NCBI GenBank assembly: GCA_040752695.1
Contig: JBFMGO010000002.1
Span: 82,664 to 141,780 of the forward strand
Length of the DNA: 59,117 bases
Direction of reading: 5' to 3'
Source: a bacterium
GTDB lineage: Bacteria > SZUA-182 > DTGQ01
The notes below the pieces were generated by a model. It saw nothing but the letters and a program-made list of their open reading frames with translations, ran no database searches and was not told the origin of the DNA. This document shows positions 56,921 through 59,117 of the stretch, piece after piece (the first letter of the stretch is position 1; each line of letters opens with the position of its first letter). Made by a program: the position numbers and the translations under genes.

Positions 56921-57743
56921 AATGCCCTACGGAGAGCGGCTTCCCCACCAGTTCCACAGTATTGAAGGTTTCGTTAAGCACCGTCTTCGTATTGGCTCCG
57001 CCGCCAATCAGCCCAGTCAAGTTTCCCATAAGTTCAGCTTTCAGGCGGATCGTCACCTTGTGACGCAAATCAGCGGGTACCTCGGCAAAAGTGCTTTCCT
57101 TTGGAGCAAATGTTTGATCTATTACAGCATTTCCAAAAGTCGGATCCAATGCTTTAAAACCACTGCCACTTCCGTCATCGAATTCAACCCAGTAATGCTC
57201 TTTTGTTTCCTCCAGAAGCTGGGGATCATTTGCTGGATCGGAAAGCTCGGCACCTTCAGGAATAAAACCAACAATCTTGCAGGGAAGAGTGAACATGGAG
57301 AGGATTAACCCCTTGGCATCCCCATCCGAAAGCGTCCCCCGGACATACCGGCAGGGGATTCCCTGACCCCGTAAAAGGGCGATGAGCAGACTGGCCTGGT
57401 CCAGACTGTTCCCCGCCTTGCTCCAGAGCGTGCCCCGCGCACCGCGCAAGGAGCCTGTATAGGACTCATATCCAATCTCATCCCGGACAAAGGCAAAGAC
57501 TGCATCAACCCCAGGGCCGATTTCGGCCAGCTTCTCCTGGATGTATCTATCTTCATAGTTGGCATCCACCGTAGAGGCAAGCCATTCCGGTTCCTGGGCA
57601 CAGGCTTCCTTCGGGCCGAATTTCCAGGAGACATTCCATTGAGGAAAGCCAATAGTTACCGAATGAACAACCTGTAAACTGAAGAGATAGATGACTGCAT
57701 AGCAAACGGTTTTGAACCACGGCGTCCTGGTCAATCTGCTCAT
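56904..57743 (-). CDS. N-terminal segment of the giant exoprotein: signal peptide plus transglutaminase-like domain
   Basis: FVRDEIGYESYTGSLRGARGTL..KAGNSLDQASLLIALLR..GIPCRYVRG; HYWVE; LDPT; RBS aagggga. Confidence 0.85.
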   Translation of the reverse strand: MSRLTRTPWFKTVCYAVIYLFSLQVVHSVTIGFPQWNVSWKFGPKEACAQEPEWLASTVDANYEDRYIQEKLAEIGPGVDAVFAFVRDEIGYESYTGSLRGARGTLWSKAGNSLDQASLLIALLRGQGIPCRYVRGTLSDGDAKGLILSMFTLPCKIVGFIPEGAELSDPANDPQLLEETKEHYWVEFDDGSGSGFKALDPTFGNAVIDQTFAPKESTFAEVPADLRHKVTIRLKAELMGNLTGLIGGGANTKTVLNETFNTVELVGKPLSVGHFVNSY

Positions 57744-57891
57744 GTTAGTTCCCCTTTCCGGGTCTTTAAAGGGTCTTGAATACCATCCGCCTGCGTAGCA
57801 TGAATTTTCCCCCTGGCGTGGATTTCTTTATCCGCTATCTGCCCAGAGAATGCACCTATTACCTGCTTCACCAAGTCTCAGCATCGAAAAA

Positions 57892-57932
57892 GGATAAAAT
57901 CCTTATCACACCTGGATAAAATCTTTATCACA
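57892..57932. promoter_or_regulatory. Tandem palindromic GATAA-N5-TTATC sites, 22 bp apart
   Basis: ggataaaatccttatcaca and ggataaaatctttatcaca upstream of the giant gene. Confidence 0.45.
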
Positions 57933-57942
57933 TCTATTGACT

Positions 57943-57984
57943 TCAGTATTGTTGTCCATAATCTCAGTATTGTTGTCCATAATC
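57943..57984. repeat. Perfect 21-bp tandem duplication
   Basis: tcagtattgttgtccataatc twice. Confidence 0.9.
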
Positions 57985-58010
57985 ATAGTTTCGATCATAT
58001 TTTCGCGCTT

Positions 58011-58039
58011 TTTGTCATTCACGCGAAAGCTGGAATGAC
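58011..58039. repeat. REP-like palindrome, degenerate copy
   Basis: gtcattc-acgcgaaagctg-gaatgac. Confidence 0.7.
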
Positions 58040-58246
58040 GGCTGGAGATTATAAAATTACTCATATTTCAGTAAATTATAAATATATAAAAATATGGCTA
58101 TAGATAGACAGGAGCTTAACAAGGTAGTCAGAAACACTTTTATGTTTAGGACATATCGGTTATTGTCTCTTTAATTAACGACAGGGAATGATCAGATCGG
58201 AAGCTCAATTATCTTCGCTCATATGTGATAGCCACCACATCCGTTC

Positions 58247-58278
58247 TTTGTCATTCCCGCTTTCGCGGGAATGACAAA
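58247..58278. repeat. REP-like palindrome of the GTCATTCCCGC type
   Basis: tttgtcattcccgc-tttc-gcgggaatgacaaa; perfect 14-bp stem. Confidence 0.85.
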
Positions 58279-58644
58279 AAGTGCAAAAGTATAGTAGTCT
58301 TATAGTAACCGATTTTTGTTGAATTCAAGTCTCGTGGTATTCATGTCATGCAGTATTCAAGTCTTGTGGTATTTTTGCAATTCTTTTGCAATAATGCCAA
58401 AAGCGGTTTTTCCCCCTGCCAGTCCAGCTAAAGTAAGTAATTGCAGTTTGTCTCTCCTTTTCTTCTGGCAAAAAAGCCATTAATCTTTCATTAATCCTTC
58501 ATGGATAGTTTCTGCATAGTACCGGCCCATGTTCTGTGCAAGAGGAGCTCATTGCAGGCTAACTACATACCAACCATTTGATATCGTTTACGATAACGTT
58601 TCCTATAAGAATATTAAACTCCTTTCCCCCTTTTCCATCCCAAA

Positions 58645-58661
58645 TTGGCACTTATATTGCA
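58645..58661 (+). promoter_or_regulatory. Sigma-54 promoter
   Basis: TTGGCAC-TTATA-TTGCA; consensus match. Confidence 0.8.
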
Positions 58662-58751
58662 AGTATTATAAGCAAAGAAGGTGGACAAAAAAATATCTTA
58701 AAGGCGATATGAGAGGCAGTATAAAAAAGGCAGAAGTATGAGGATATAAAA

Positions 58752-59117
58752 ATGAGAAGTGAAAGGGATGCAGTAGCTGATAATTTGATCGTAGATTATG
58801 CTTTGGTTCAGGATGAAGATCTGAAAGGGAGTCTTTTTGAGACTGCCAAAAAGATGAATAGCCTGAGGGAGTTTATCGGCTGTCAAATTATCGGTCGGGA
58901 AGAAATCATCCGTCAATCGTTCTATGCACTTCTCACCGGCGAGCATCAGTTGCTCTTCAGCCGGACCGGTATGGCCAAGAGTCTGCTGGTGAGGCAGGTT
59001 TTCTCCTGCTTTGATCGGGCCGTAGTTTTCGAGAAGCAACTGACCAAGGACACCATGCCGGACAATTTGTTTGGCGCCTATGACATTGTTCAGCTCAAGC
59101 GAGGGCGGCTGGTTCAC
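58752..59117 (+). CDS. MoxR/RavA-like AAA+ ATPase, 3'-truncated by the window edge (absent from the ORF track)
   Basis: Manual translation: MRSERD...IIGREEIIRQSFYALLTGEHQLLFSRTGMAKSLLVRQVF...QLTKDTMPDNLFGAYDI; RBS gagga. Confidence 0.85.
   Translation, partial: MRSERDAVADNLIVDYALVQDEDLKGSLFETAKKMNSLREFIGCQIIGREEIIRQSFYALLTGEHQLLFSRTGMAKSLLVRQVFSCFDRAVVFEKQLTKDTMPDNLFGAYDIVQLKRGRLVH

Larger units (their letters stand above)
49030..57743 (-). pseudogene. Single 2903-aa gene interrupted by two +1 frameshifts (about 56910 and G5 at 53724-53728); pseudogene, recoded gene or assembly error
   Basis: Removing one base at each junction gives continuous readings GHFVNS-TSPPALIFG and LLIGSP-LAAFIGSYPEALPPGDGIVTAG; 8714-2 = 8712 nt = 2904 codons including the stop. 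Confidence 0.7.

Noticed and set aside
58698..59117. Minus-strand 139-aa ORF from the track
   Set aside because: It is the shadow of the plus-strand AAA+ ATPase.

Overview
Bacterial chromosomal window, about 50% GC by eye, probably from an anaerobic diderm. The gene order and Hdr/Flx content are Deltaproteobacteria-like, but taxonomy cannot be fixed from the sequence alone. Contents in order: (1) a flagellar hook/rod cluster fliK-flgDEFG-flgA-flgHIJ, whose FliK is giant, repeat-built and has two C-terminal domains; (2) trxC; (3) a minus-strand hdrA-flxDCBA-like cluster lacking hdrBC, followed by a response regulator and a dihaem-c sensor kinase; (4) dispersed secreted low-complexity aromatic/Ser/Pro/Gly-rich proteins and an octahaem cytochrome c, most preceded by sigma-54-type GG-N10-GC promoters and mostly predicted to mature with an N-terminal Gln; (5) housekeeping genes (serA, rpmB, rel, pyrDK, scpA, M50 protease, DHH-CBS tRNA nucleotidyltransferase, PfkB kinase, PIN-PhoH); (6) a membrane spermidine-synthase-like TPR protein and a MenK/MqnK-like radical SAM enzyme; (7) three adjacent ORFs that join into one 2903-aa secreted protein if one base is removed at each of two junctions (transglutaminase-like fold with Cys->Ser, AT-rich glycine-zipper cassette, Ig-like, LVIVD, DUF11, FN3); (8) the start of a MoxR/RavA AAA+ ATPase missed by the ORF track. 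Palindromic REP-like elements, heptamer arrays and micro-duplications are widespread and often lie in frame inside genes. No tRNA, rRNA, CRISPR array or transposase was recognised.
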